Assembly (NCBI GenBank): GCA_963796055.1 | Contig: CAWCKH010000003.1 | Location: 704,001-768,000, forward strand | Source of the DNA: an uncultured delta proteobacterium | GTDB lineage: Bacteria; Myxococcota; Myxococcia; Myxococcales; Myxococcaceae | Reading direction: 5' to 3' | DNA: 64,000 bases | Shown here: in pieces, positions 1-12,311 of the stretch | Layout of the letters: every line of letters begins with the position of its first letter | Numbering within the stretch: position 1 is the stretch's first letter | Made by a program: the position numbers and the translations under genes | The notes under the pieces: model-generated | Told to the model about the DNA's origin: nothing | The model's input: only the letters and a program-made list of their open reading frames with translations | Databases searched by the model: none

Positions 1-182
1 GAGGAGCGCGAGCGCGGTCCAGGCCCCCCCGTCCCCGGTCCACGCTCCGAGTGCTTCCGCCATGCGCTCACTCTCCAGCACCGGACACCTCCGGCGCGCA
101 AATCAGCAGTGCACCTTCCGGCCCACTTCTGCTAACCCCCCGCCGCTGATTTCGATGCGCTGTCCAAGGAGGAGGAGCGCCG

Positions 183-1430
183 ATGAGACGCCAGTTTTCC
201 CTGTTGATCGCCACCGTGATCATGGCCTGCGCCGGAGGCCAGAGCACCGGGACCGCCGCCCCGGCCGAGCGCCAGCGGGTGCAGAACCTCGTTCCCTTCG
301 ACATCGGCAACTGCTTCCCCACCAGGCTCGATGTGGGCAAGACCGCGAACGAGTACACGCTGCAGGCCGCGTTCCGCGGCGCCCGCTCGGCCATCAACGA
401 GTGCCTGGTGGACGCCAAGGTGCAGAACCCGAACGTGGCCACCAAGGGCAAGGCCACCGTCTCCCTCGACTCCTCGGGCACGGCGGTCACCGTGAGCAGC
501 GACGGCCTCCAGCCCACGGCCGCCACCTGCATCGAGAGGGCCATCCGGTCGCGGCTGGAGGGGGTGGCCGTTCCCTCCGGCGGCAAGCCCCTCACCCTGG
601 AGGGCCCCTTCGAGCGCGAGCCGAGCACCATGGTCCGGATGGGGCTCAACGAGGCCTCGGACGTCCAGGGTGCCATCCGCCTGGCGATGCCGCAGTGGTG
701 CAGCTGCTTCGAGTCGGTCAAGGGCCAGGCTCCGCCCGAGCTCGTCGGCCCGGTGACCCTGACCCGCGAGGACGTGACCAAGTACGCCGACCGGCTGAAG
801 GCTCCCGACGGCGGCACCGTCGTCAACAAGGGAGTGGTCGCGGCGCTGCAGCCCTCCGACCCGTCCGGGGCGCAGCTGGCGAGCTGTCTGAACCAGCGCG
901 TCGAGTCGCTGCCTCTGAAGAGCAGCTCCGAGCAGCTCACGGTGCCGGCGCAGGTCCTGCTCGTCAACTCCAACGGCTCGGCCGCCATGCCCGCCGGCGT
1001 CCCGCCCCCGCTGCAGTTCGCCCAGCTGGACGCCGTTCGCGAGCTGCGCCAGGCCGAGGCGTTCGCCGCCCTCGCCCGCCGGCAGAACGTGGCCAACGCC
1101 TACGACGCGCAAGTCCAGGCGTACCAGGCGGCTGCCAACTCCAAGGACGCCAAGAAGCGCAAGGCGGCAGGCTCGATGGTCAAGGAGCTCAAGGCCGGCT
1201 GCGCCGGCCTGGTCAAGGCCGACGACGAGTACACCAAGGCGCTCGAGGGCGAGGCGGCGGTGGAGCAGCAGGCGCTGACCCTGGCCCAGTCGCTCAAGGC
1301 CAAGGAGCCGCAGTGGGCCGATGCGGAGAAGGCCTCCTCGGCTGCACTGGCCGACACCCAGAAGCAGATCGACGCCTCCAAGCAGCTCCGGGCGGCGAAC
1401 GAGAAGGCCTGTCCCAAGGAAAAGTTCTAG
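183..1430 (+). CDS. Hypothetical lipoprotein (415 aa), Cys-containing, with helical C-terminus
   Basis: Basic N-terminus, hydrophobic stretch and lipobox-like VIMAC; GC3-rich codons. The stop codon TAG is part of the IS insertion core. Confidence 0.75.
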   Translation: MRRQFSLLIATVIMACAGGQSTGTAAPAERQRVQNLVPFDIGNCFPTRLDVGKTANEYTLQAAFRGARSAINECLVDAKVQNPNVATKGKATVSLDSSGTAVTVSSDGLQPTAATCIERAIRSRLEGVAVPSGGKPLTLEGPFEREPSTMVRMGLNEASDVQGAIRLAMPQWCSCFESVKGQAPPELVGPVTLTREDVTKYADRLKAPDGGTVVNKGVVAALQPSDPSGAQLASCLNQRVESLPLKSSSEQLTVPAQVLLVNSNGSAAMPAGVPPPLQFAQLDAVRELRQAEAFAALARRQNVANAYDAQVQAYQAAANSKDAKKRKAAGSMVKELKAGCAGLVKADDEYTKALEGEAAVEQQALTLAQSLKAKEPQWADAEKASSAALADTQKQIDASKQLRAANEKACPKEKF

Positions 1431-1487
1431 GATGGAGCGACCCGTCAAGTCAGCTCTCTCGTTCGTTGGTGGCGATGCGTCTGTTCG

Positions 1488-1700
1488 CTTCGCAGCTCCT
1501 CGTGGTTCGTACTTCGAGGCCTTCAGGCAGGGGACGAGCGAGGGAGCTGCGACGGTTGATCACTCTAGGATTCGCGGGTCGGCGGAGCCGCCGCATGACC
1601 GTGATTCGTCGGGAGGCTTTCTCGCTCTAGCGGCGTGGGTCGGCGGGTCGAGCCCGCCGCCACTTAGAACTGTCGAGAGTCCCTCCTACGTTCCTGGCTC
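1488..1700 (-). ncRNA. Predicted bridge/seek RNA of the IS1111-type element
   Basis: Two stem-internal-loop-stem modules (~1551-1610 and ~1612-1686) plus a hairpin (1490-1552). Loop segments match the reconstructed donor junction and target site. Exact RNA ends are unknown. Confidence 0.75.
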
Positions 1701-1746
1701 ATCCACTGCCTGCCGGCTTCGAAGCGATGCACGTACGTTGCTCCTT

Positions 1747-2841
1747 TCAAGCGGCGCGGGCGATGGCCCAGACAAAGCCGCAGAGCTCGCGAGCCACGGC
1801 GACGGCCGCGACCTGCGAAGGTTTGCCGCGGGAGACGAAGCGGTGGAAGCGCCGGTGCAGCCGCTCCTGGGCTTTCCATGCGTGGGCTACGACCTTTGCA
1901 TCCTGGCCCTCCCAGCGCTGTTTGATGACGCCGCTCTGGCGTGGCGGGCGCCGGTAGTGCCAGGCGGCCTCGACCAGTACGCGCCGGGCGTGTCCGTTGC
2001 CCGTCTTGGTGATGCTGCCCCGCCGCTCCTTGGCTCCGCTCGAGCGCTCGCTCGGGACGAGGCCGACGAAAGCCATGAACTGGTCGGGGTGCTCGAACCG
2101 CTGGAAGTCGCAGATCTCGGCGATGAGGATGACGGCCGAGAGCGTGTCGATGCCGCGCAGGCAGCGGAGCTTCGCAACGGGAGTTTTATAGGGCTCCTTC
2201 TCGGCGGCTGTCGCGAGTTCCTGGTCGAGCGCCTTGAGACGTCCGAGCGTTCCCTCGAGGCGGGCCAAGTACTCGGTGAAGACCGTCTGTGCGATGGGGG
2301 CCTCGAACGTCTGTTTGCGAAGCCACTTCCAGTGCGGCATCGACCAGTTCTTCTTGCCCTCGGTAAAGCTGCGCCCGTGGCGCAGGAGGAACTTCAGGAG
2401 TCGGTCGCGCTCGCGGATGACGTCCTCGCGCGCATCCTCTCGGCAGCGAACGAGATCCCGCAGCGCCTCCTCGGCCTCGGAGGGGACACGAATCGAAGTG
2501 AGCTCGCCGGCGCGGTAGAGGCGAGCGAGCTTCTCGGCGTCGCGCCGGTCGGTCTTGACCCGATCGCCGGCGCGCACCGGGATGAGCGAGGGCGCGACCA
2601 CGTCGCATGGGATCTTCATCGCTGCGAGCTGCCGGTAGACCTCGTAGCCGCAACTCCCGGCCTCGTAGCAGGCGCGGACCGCCCCTTCCTTTTTGAGCCT
2701 GCCGAAGCAGCGCTTCAGCTCGAGCGCATCGTTCCGGATCTTCACCGTGGGCCGAGCGCCTCCCCGGTCACCGGCCAGCACCGAGAAGGAAATCGACTCC
2801 TTATGCACGTCCATTCCGACGGTCAGCGTTGTAGTTTTCAC
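1747..2841 (-). CDS. IS110-family DEDD transposase/recombinase (364 aa)
   Basis: Motifs VGMDVHK, CYEAG, KTDRRDA (D-E-D-D), LRGID, FVGLVPSERSSG (catalytic Ser), GNGHARRVLVEAAW. Confidence 0.96.
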   Translation of the reverse strand: MKTTTLTVGMDVHKESISFSVLAGDRGGARPTVKIRNDALELKRCFGRLKKEGAVRACYEAGSCGYEVYRQLAAMKIPCDVVAPSLIPVRAGDRVKTDRRDAEKLARLYRAGELTSIRVPSEAEEALRDLVRCREDAREDVIRERDRLLKFLLRHGRSFTEGKKNWSMPHWKWLRKQTFEAPIAQTVFTEYLARLEGTLGRLKALDQELATAAEKEPYKTPVAKLRCLRGIDTLSAVILIAEICDFQRFEHPDQFMAFVGLVPSERSSGAKERRGSITKTGNGHARRVLVEAAWHYRRPPRQSGVIKQRWEGQDAKVVAHAWKAQERLHRRFHRFVSRGKPSQVAAVAVARELCGFVWAIARAA

Positions 2842-2942
2842 TCGACCGGCTCCTCGTTTGCGGCTCTGGCCGCGGCGTTGCCGAGGCTAATCCGCGCTGA
2901 ACGAGCGAGCCGGTCGCTCCATACTGTCTAGCGCACCACCGC

Positions 2943-6536
<3,594 letters not shown>

Positions 6537-6653
6537 GGGTCGGGGGGACTCCTCCGCGAGGGGAACGGGCGTACGGGCTGCCCGCCACTGTTTACCGCTT
6601 CGGTGAACGTCCCGGCAAGCAGTGCATGACAATGCGTGACATTGCGTGAACTG

Positions 6654-7997
6654 TCATGCCGATGCAGCCGGGGGCGGGGGCGGCTGGGCAGCCGGTTTGG
6701 GCTCGATGCGGACCTTCAGGACGCGGGGGCCGTCGGTCTCGGCCACCCGGATCTCGAACTCGTCCACCTCGGTGTGGTCTCCGGGCTCCGGCACCCGTCC
6801 GAGCCGGGCCATGAGGAAGCCGGCGATGGTGCTCACCTCGGCGGGGTCCACGTCGAAGCGGACGTCGAGCCGGTCCTCCAGGTCCGACAGCTGGGTGGTG
6901 CCGGGCAGCTCCAGCCGTCCTCCGGGCAGGGTCTTCACCTCGGACACCCGGCGGCCCAGCTCGGCCACCTCCCCCACCACCTCGGCCACCAGGTCGGCCA
7001 GGGTCACGATGCCGCTCGTCCCGCCGTGCTCGTCCACCACCACCGCCAGCTGACGGCGACGCTTGCGAAACTCGATGAGCAGCTGCTCGAGGGTCACGTT
7101 CTCCGGGACGAAGAGCACCGGCCGCTGTACCTGGCCCAGGCTCTGGAGCTGAGCGTTGGCCAGGAGGAAAAACAGGTCCTTCACGTTCACCACGCCCTCC
7201 ACCTGGTCCAGGCTCCCGCGGGCCACGGGCATCCAGGTGTGGCCGGCGGCGCGGGCCTCGGCGATGTTGTGCTCGAGGGGCTCCTCCAGATCGAGGTAGC
7301 GGACCTGCTGGCGCGGCACGAGCACCTGCCGGGCGGTCTTCTCCGACACGGCGAACGCCCGGGCCAGAAGCTCGGCCCGTTCCTCGGTGATGCTGCCGGC
7401 GCGCGCCGAGCTGGCGACCAGCATTGCCAGCTCCTCGAGGTCGAGCACGCTGTCGTGGGAGGCCGCGGGCTTGAGCCCGAGGAGCCGGGACACCGCAGCG
7501 GCCATCCGGTTGATGACCGTCACCGCCGGGTAGCTGACGAGATAGATGGCCTGCATCGGCCCGGACACCGCCAGGGCCACCGACTCGGTCCGCTGGAGCC
7601 CCAGGTTCTTCGGCACCAGCTCGCCGATGACCAGGTGGAGGATGGTGATAATGGCAAAGCCCACGACGAAGGCGAGCGTGTGGGCCAGTGGCCAGAAGCT
7701 CCGCTGGGCGGGGAAGGCCGCGTGCAGGGTCCGCTCGATGAGCGCCGCAAACGCCGGCTCGCCCACCCAGCCAATGCCGAGCGAGGTGAGCGTCACGCCG
7801 AACTGCACCGTGCTCAGGTAGGGACCGAGGTTCCCGAGAATCTCGACCGTCCGCTCCGCGGCGCGGTTGCCGTTCGCAGCGAGGGCGCGGAAGCGCGTCG
7901 GCCGGGCCCGGACCAGCGCCATCTCCGAGCCGACGAAGAACGCATTGATCAGGACCAGCACCAACGCCACTGCGATGTGCCAGGCCTCGCTGCTCAA
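6654..7997 (-). CDS. Hemolysin/CNNM-family membrane protein (DUF21 + CBS pair + CorC/HlyC domain)
   Basis: NAFFVGSEMAL, GELVPK, CBS pair, VVDEHGGTSGIVT, TIAGF. Confidence 0.92.
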   Translation of the reverse strand: MSSEAWHIAVALVLVLINAFFVGSEMALVRARPTRFRALAANGNRAAERTVEILGNLGPYLSTVQFGVTLTSLGIGWVGEPAFAALIERTLHAAFPAQRSFWPLAHTLAFVVGFAIITILHLVIGELVPKNLGLQRTESVALAVSGPMQAIYLVSYPAVTVINRMAAAVSRLLGLKPAASHDSVLDLEELAMLVASSARAGSITEERAELLARAFAVSEKTARQVLVPRQQVRYLDLEEPLEHNIAEARAAGHTWMPVARGSLDQVEGVVNVKDLFFLLANAQLQSLGQVQRPVLFVPENVTLEQLLIEFRKRRRQLAVVVDEHGGTSGIVTLADLVAEVVGEVAELGRRVSEVKTLPGGRLELPGTTQLSDLEDRLDVRFDVDPAEVSTIAGFLMARLGRVPEPGDHTEVDEFEIRVAETDGPRVLKVRIEPKPAAQPPPPPAASA

Positions 7998-8007
7998 AGA
8001 GGGGGCC

Positions 8008-8823
8008 TCACAGCAGGCTCTCGTACTCCGGGTCGCCCTTCAGACCGTCGAACATCGGGTCGGTGGCGAGCCAGCCGGCCACCTTTTGCCGATCGGCCTC
8101 CAGCGCCTTCTTCAGCCATTCCAGCGCCTCGGGCTTCTTGGCCCACAGCGCGTACAGCGCGGCGAGGTTGTAGTGGAGGAGCAAGTCCTCGGCGTTGAGG
8201 GCCCGCGCCTTCTGGTAGGCGCGCTCGGCCTCGGCGTAGAACCCCTTCTGCGCGTAGCAAATGCCCAGGTCGAGGTGCGCCTCGAAGTCCTCCGGCTCGA
8301 GCCGGACGACCTCCTTCAGCTGTGCGATGGCCCCGCGGTAGTCGCCCTCGTCCATCAGCAGCGCGGCGAGCTCGTGGCGCGGGAAGCCGTCGGCCGGATC
8401 CAGCTCGATGGCGGTCTGCAGCTCGGCGATGGCCTCCTCGACCCGACCGTGATCGGCGTAGGTCAGGCCGAGGTTCAGGTGCGCGTCCGGGTATTCCGGA
8501 TCGAGCTCGATCGCCTGCTTGTAGGCAGCGACCGCGAACTCGGGCCCGTGGGTGGAGAGGAAGCAGGCGAGGTTGTAGTGGGCGGTGGCGCTGTCGGGCT
8601 CGAGCTTGAGCGCGGTGAGGTACTCGGCGAGCGCCTCGCGGTAGAGCTTCTTCTCGGCGTAGACGGTTGCGAGATTGTCGTGCGCGTGCGCCGAGTCCGG
8701 GTCGAGGTCGATCGCCTTGCGGAACTCGCGGATGGCCTCGTCCAGCCAGCCGCGATCGGCGAGCTCGATGCCACGGGAATTGTGCTCGTCCGAGAGCGCG
8801 ATGTTGTCCTTCTCGCGGGCCAT
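8008..8823 (-). CDS. Tetratricopeptide repeat protein
   Basis: About 7 TPR units (A..LDP..A.AH.NL). Confidence 0.9.
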   Translation of the reverse strand: MAREKDNIALSDEHNSRGIELADRGWLDEAIREFRKAIDLDPDSAHAHDNLATVYAEKKLYREALAEYLTALKLEPDSATAHYNLACFLSTHGPEFAVAAYKQAIELDPEYPDAHLNLGLTYADHGRVEEAIAELQTAIELDPADGFPRHELAALLMDEGDYRGAIAQLKEVVRLEPEDFEAHLDLGICYAQKGFYAEAERAYQKARALNAEDLLLHYNLAALYALWAKKPEALEWLKKALEADRQKVAGWLATDPMFDGLKGDPEYESLL

Positions 8824-8889
8824 GGAGGGGGTGCCGGGGCACTGTATTCAGCGGAAAACCGGCTCCGCAAGCTACACTCCTGACCCGAC

Positions 8890-10089
8890 GTGAACCCCGC
8901 TTCCCGCCACGATTTCCCCGCGCTCGCCCTCGGCTGCACGCTTGGCCTGGTCGCGGCGTGCGCCCCGCGGACGACGGTTCGCCCGGACGAGGTCGAGACC
9001 CGCCAGGGGCCGCCGCTGACCGTCGCTCCCGCGACCCCCACACCACGCCCCATCACCGTGGTGGCGGGCGGAGACGTAACGCTCGGGGGGCACTACGAGG
9101 AGTGGGTGGATGGCCTTCGCAGTAAAGGCCAGAGCGGTCCGTCGGTGGACGGCTGGGGCTTCGCCGAGGTGAAGCCGCTCTTCGCCGGCGCGGACCTGGT
9201 GGTGGTGAATCTCGAGTGCCCGTTCACCGTCGGCGGCGCGCCCATCCCCAAGAACTTCAACTTCCGCGCGCGGCCCTCCACCGTCCAGGCGCTGGTCGAC
9301 GCCGGTGTGCGGGCGGTCTCGCTGGCCAACAACCACCTGATGGACTACGGGCCGGACGGCGTCGCCGACACCATCGAGACACTCGATCGGGCGGGCATCG
9401 CTCACTTCGGCGCCGGGCGCACCCTGGCCGAGGCCCGGAAGCCGGCCATCGTCGAGGTGGGCGGACTCAAGATTGCCTTCCTCGGCTACCTCATCCTCGG
9501 AGCCGTGCATCCCGAGCCCGCAGTGGTCTGGGCCACCGAGACTACAGCCGGCGTCGCCGGACACCCGAGTGACTGGACCGTGGTGGAGAAGATGGTGCGA
9601 GAGGACGTGGCCGCGGCGCGGAAGGATGCGGATCTGGTGGTCCCCTTCTTCCACTGGGGACGCGAGGGCAGCAAGGGACCGGATGTGTATCAGCTGGCGC
9701 TGGCGAAGGCGGCGGTCGAGTCCGGCGCGGCGGCGGTGCTCGGCGCCCATCCACACGTGCTGCAGGGGATGGAGCGCATGGGATCAGTGCCCGTCTTCTA
9801 CTCGCTCGGCAACTTCGTCTTCGGCGGCAACTGGAATCCGCGGGACAAGGACTCGGTGCTGGTGAAGGCGCGCTTCGACCGGAGCGGGTACTTGGGGGCG
9901 GAGCTGTTCCCCCTGAAGACGGACCGGTACCCCGACCGGCCCATCCAGCCCTACCCGCTCACCGGCGCGGAGGCGGAGGCCGTGCTGCAGCGGCTCCGGA
10001 GCGCATCCTCCGCCTTCGTCACGCCGCTGCCGGAGCTCGGGCCGAAGCCTGCCGCGCCGGTGTCCGCGGCTGCCGCGCCGGGCTCGTAG
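8890..10089 (+). CDS. CapA-family (PGA_cap) metallophosphoesterase-like lipoprotein
   Basis: GGDV, NLECP, LANNHLMDYG, HWGRE, GAHPHV, YSLGNF; lipobox LVAAC. Confidence 0.9.
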   Translation: MNPASRHDFPALALGCTLGLVAACAPRTTVRPDEVETRQGPPLTVAPATPTPRPITVVAGGDVTLGGHYEEWVDGLRSKGQSGPSVDGWGFAEVKPLFAGADLVVVNLECPFTVGGAPIPKNFNFRARPSTVQALVDAGVRAVSLANNHLMDYGPDGVADTIETLDRAGIAHFGAGRTLAEARKPAIVEVGGLKIAFLGYLILGAVHPEPAVVWATETTAGVAGHPSDWTVVEKMVREDVAAARKDADLVVPFFHWGREGSKGPDVYQLALAKAAVESGAAAVLGAHPHVLQGMERMGSVPVFYSLGNFVFGGNWNPRDKDSVLVKARFDRSGYLGAELFPLKTDRYPDRPIQPYPLTGAEAEAVLQRLRSASSAFVTPLPELGPKPAAPVSAAAAPGS

Positions 10090-10204
10090 GAGAGCGGGGG
10101 GCCACGCTCCGGCCAGTGCCCCGAACGCCTTGGCCTCGTTCGGGCCAGGTTCCGGGCGGCCAGGCTTGGGTGGCCACCGGCGGACTCGCCCGCGCCGTCA
10201 GCCA

Positions 10205-11101
10205 CTATCCGTCGACGACCGCGTAGGCGCGGACAGGAAACGTCCCGAGCCCCCGGATCCGTGGCGGCACCGCCGAGAAGCGGAAGCCGGATGCCGGCAG
10301 CTGGTCGAGCCCGCGCAGGTGCTCGACGATGGGGATGCCCGCAGCGAGCAGCCGCGAGTGCGCCGGACGGGCGGCGTCGCCCATGTCGTCGATGTTGATG
10401 GAGTCGATGCCCACCAGCGCCGCGCCCTGCTCCACCAGCCACCCCGCGCCGGCGTCGGTGAGGAACGGCGCGTCCTTGCCATAGCTTCCCGTCCCGAAGT
10501 GCACGTCCCATCCGGTGTGGAGGAGCACGGCCTTGCCCCGCACCTCGAGCGGCGCCAGCGCCAGCACGTCGATGGCGCGGCGGCCCGTTCCAGTCGCCCG
10601 CAGCAGCACGCCCTCGAGCTCCACCAGGACCTCCAGCGGTAGCCCCGCCAGGTCCGCCCCGTCCGCATAGCGGTGCCAGGGGCTGTCCAGGTACGTGCCG
10701 GTGTTCGCCACCAGGCTGATGCGGCCGATCTGGAAGGTGACTCCGGGCGCGTACTTCCCGGCCGACGCCTCCCGCGACAGGTGCTCGGAGATCTCCGGAG
10801 CGGGCAGGCCCGGGTACGTCACCAGCCCGTGGTGGATGGGATGGCTCAGGTCGACCAGCCGTCGCCCGCCGCTCGAGGCACGCGGGACGCCCCGCGAGCC
10901 TCGGTGGGGCTCCTGGACCCGGCGCAGGTTCCGCAGCTCCACCCCGCCCACCATCAGCAGCCCGAGGTGCGCGACGAGCAGGGCGCCGATCTCCTCGTCC
11001 GAGGCGTCGGGCCGCGGCAGATCGAGCCGGAAGCCCTCACCCCGCAGGTGCCCACCGTTGGTGAAGGTGACGACGAAGTCGAAGATCGCGCGGGTGTCCA
11101 T
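10205..11101 (-). CDS. Cyclase family (kynurenine formamidase-like) hydrolase with extra N-terminal domain
   Basis: DLSHPI, NTGTYLDSPWH, LVGIDS, RPAH..LL...IPIVEHL, FPVRAYA. Confidence 0.85.
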   Translation of the reverse strand: MDTRAIFDFVVTFTNGGHLRGEGFRLDLPRPDASDEEIGALLVAHLGLLMVGGVELRNLRRVQEPHRGSRGVPRASSGGRRLVDLSHPIHHGLVTYPGLPAPEISEHLSREASAGKYAPGVTFQIGRISLVANTGTYLDSPWHRYADGADLAGLPLEVLVELEGVLLRATGTGRRAIDVLALAPLEVRGKAVLLHTGWDVHFGTGSYGKDAPFLTDAGAGWLVEQGAALVGIDSINIDDMGDAARPAHSRLLAAGIPIVEHLRGLDQLPASGFRFSAVPPRIRGLGTFPVRAYAVVDG

Positions 11102-11188
11102 GGATCCCACCGCTACCCCCGGTCACCTGGCCCGTGCCAGCACAGTCCGGCAGCGGCGGCACGGCGCGGGCGAGGAACCCCGTGCCTC

Positions 11189-11305
11189 CTACCGGCGCCC
11201 GGAGGCCCTCTGGTGGCGTACCCGGTGGCGCCGGAGAGCCTTCCGCTTCACCTTCGCCCGGTTCTTCACCTTCCGCTTGCTGCGGTTTCCGATCTTCTTG
11301 GCCAT
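11189..11305 (-). CDS. Very small, highly basic protein (38 aa) MAKKIGNRSKRKVKNRAKVKRKALRRHRVRHQRASGRR
   Basis: ATG to TAG ORF read by hand (below the track cut-off); GC3-biased codons (AAG, CGC, GTG). Confidence 0.6.
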   Translation of the reverse strand: MAKKIGNRSKRKVKNRAKVKRKALRRHRVRHQRASGRR

Positions 11306-11325
11306 GGGGCCGTGGCTCTTAGCAC

Positions 11326-11850
11326 CTAAGGCGCGGCGCATGCTCGCGCCGTCTCGTCGTCGAGCGGGAACCAGCTCTCGAGGTGCAGCTCCTCCACCGC
11401 CACGTTCTGGGGCGCGCTGAACGTCCTCACGGTGGTGAGGAACGAGGCCCGGGTCTCCCCGCGACGGAACCGCACGGTGAGCGTCGGCTCGGAGGGGAGC
11501 CCGACGTCGGGCTGCTTCCAGCTCGCGGGCACCCCGGGGAGCTCGAGCAGCCGGTGGAGCAGTGCTCCCAGCTCGGCATCTCCACCGCTGGCCAGCACCT
11601 CGCGGTGCCGTCTGGCGAGCATCGCGTGCGCCGCCTGCGGCCAGTCCTCGACGAAGGGCCGCACGCCCCGCGGGTCGAAGAGGAGCACCATCGCGTTGAC
11701 CGGCGGGGCGAGCGCGTCCGGCTCGGCGACGAAGCGGGGCAGCAGGCGGGACGCGCCCTCGTTGAGCCGGACGATGTCGTACTTCCGGTCGAACACCACC
11801 AGCGGGAACGGCTCGTGCTGGGCCATCATCCGCTCGATGGCCCGCTCCAC
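11326..11850 (-). pseudogene. MmyB-like ligand-binding domain, 5'-truncated (XRE HTH missing)
   Basis: HEPFPLVVFDRKYDIVRLN, NAMVLLFDP, FLTTVRTFSAPQNVAVEELHLESWFPLD. The upstream frame runs into the antisense of a hydrolase fragment. Confidence 0.7.
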
Positions 11851-12288
11851 GGGCCGCTGCTGCGCTGGCTCTCGCGGGGACCGCTCCGGAACACGAGCGT
11901 CGGCCTCGGCCCGCTGTTCACCGACCCCTCGTTCATCGACGGCGAGTTCGACGCGCTGTTCCTCGCTCCGCTCGAGGATCCAGACGTGCTCGAGGACCAG
12001 CTGAAGCTGCTCCGCGCGGTCGACTTCGACCAGGTCGACGCGCTGGCCGGGGTCCACCGGCGCATCCACGCTCCCACGCTCTGCATCTGGGGACCCGACG
12101 ATCCCTTCTTCCCGGTGGCGAAGGCCCGGCGGATGCTCCCTCAGTTCGGGGGCCGGGCGGAGCTGGTGGAGATCCCTCGCGCCAGGCTCTTCGCCCACGA
12201 GGACCACGCCGAGGAGTTCCTCGGGCACGCCCTCCCCTTCCTCGAGCGGACGCTGGGATCAGTGCAGGCCACCGTGCGGAGCGCCTGA
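11848..12288 (+). pseudogene. C-terminal fragment of an alpha/beta hydrolase
   Basis: IHAPTLCIWGPDDPFFP...IPRARLFAHEDHAEEF; no nucleophile elbow and no plausible start. Confidence 0.7.
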
Positions 12289-12311
12289 GCGACACCACAC
12301 GGCTCCCGAGC

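Larger units (their letters stand above)
1426..2931 (-). mobile_element. IS110-family (IS1111-type) insertion sequence
   Basis: TCTAG at both ends (1426-1430, 2927-2931). Sub-terminal inverted repeat ATGGAGCGACC (1432-1442) / GGTCGCTCCAT (2912-2922). DEDD transposase with a ~315-bp non-coding region downstream. Confidence 0.93.

Noticed and set aside
62..2931. Long ORFs 62-1630, 132-1448 and 1321-2931
   Set aside because: Shadow frames of the lipoprotein and transposase; typical of high-GC DNA and without motifs.
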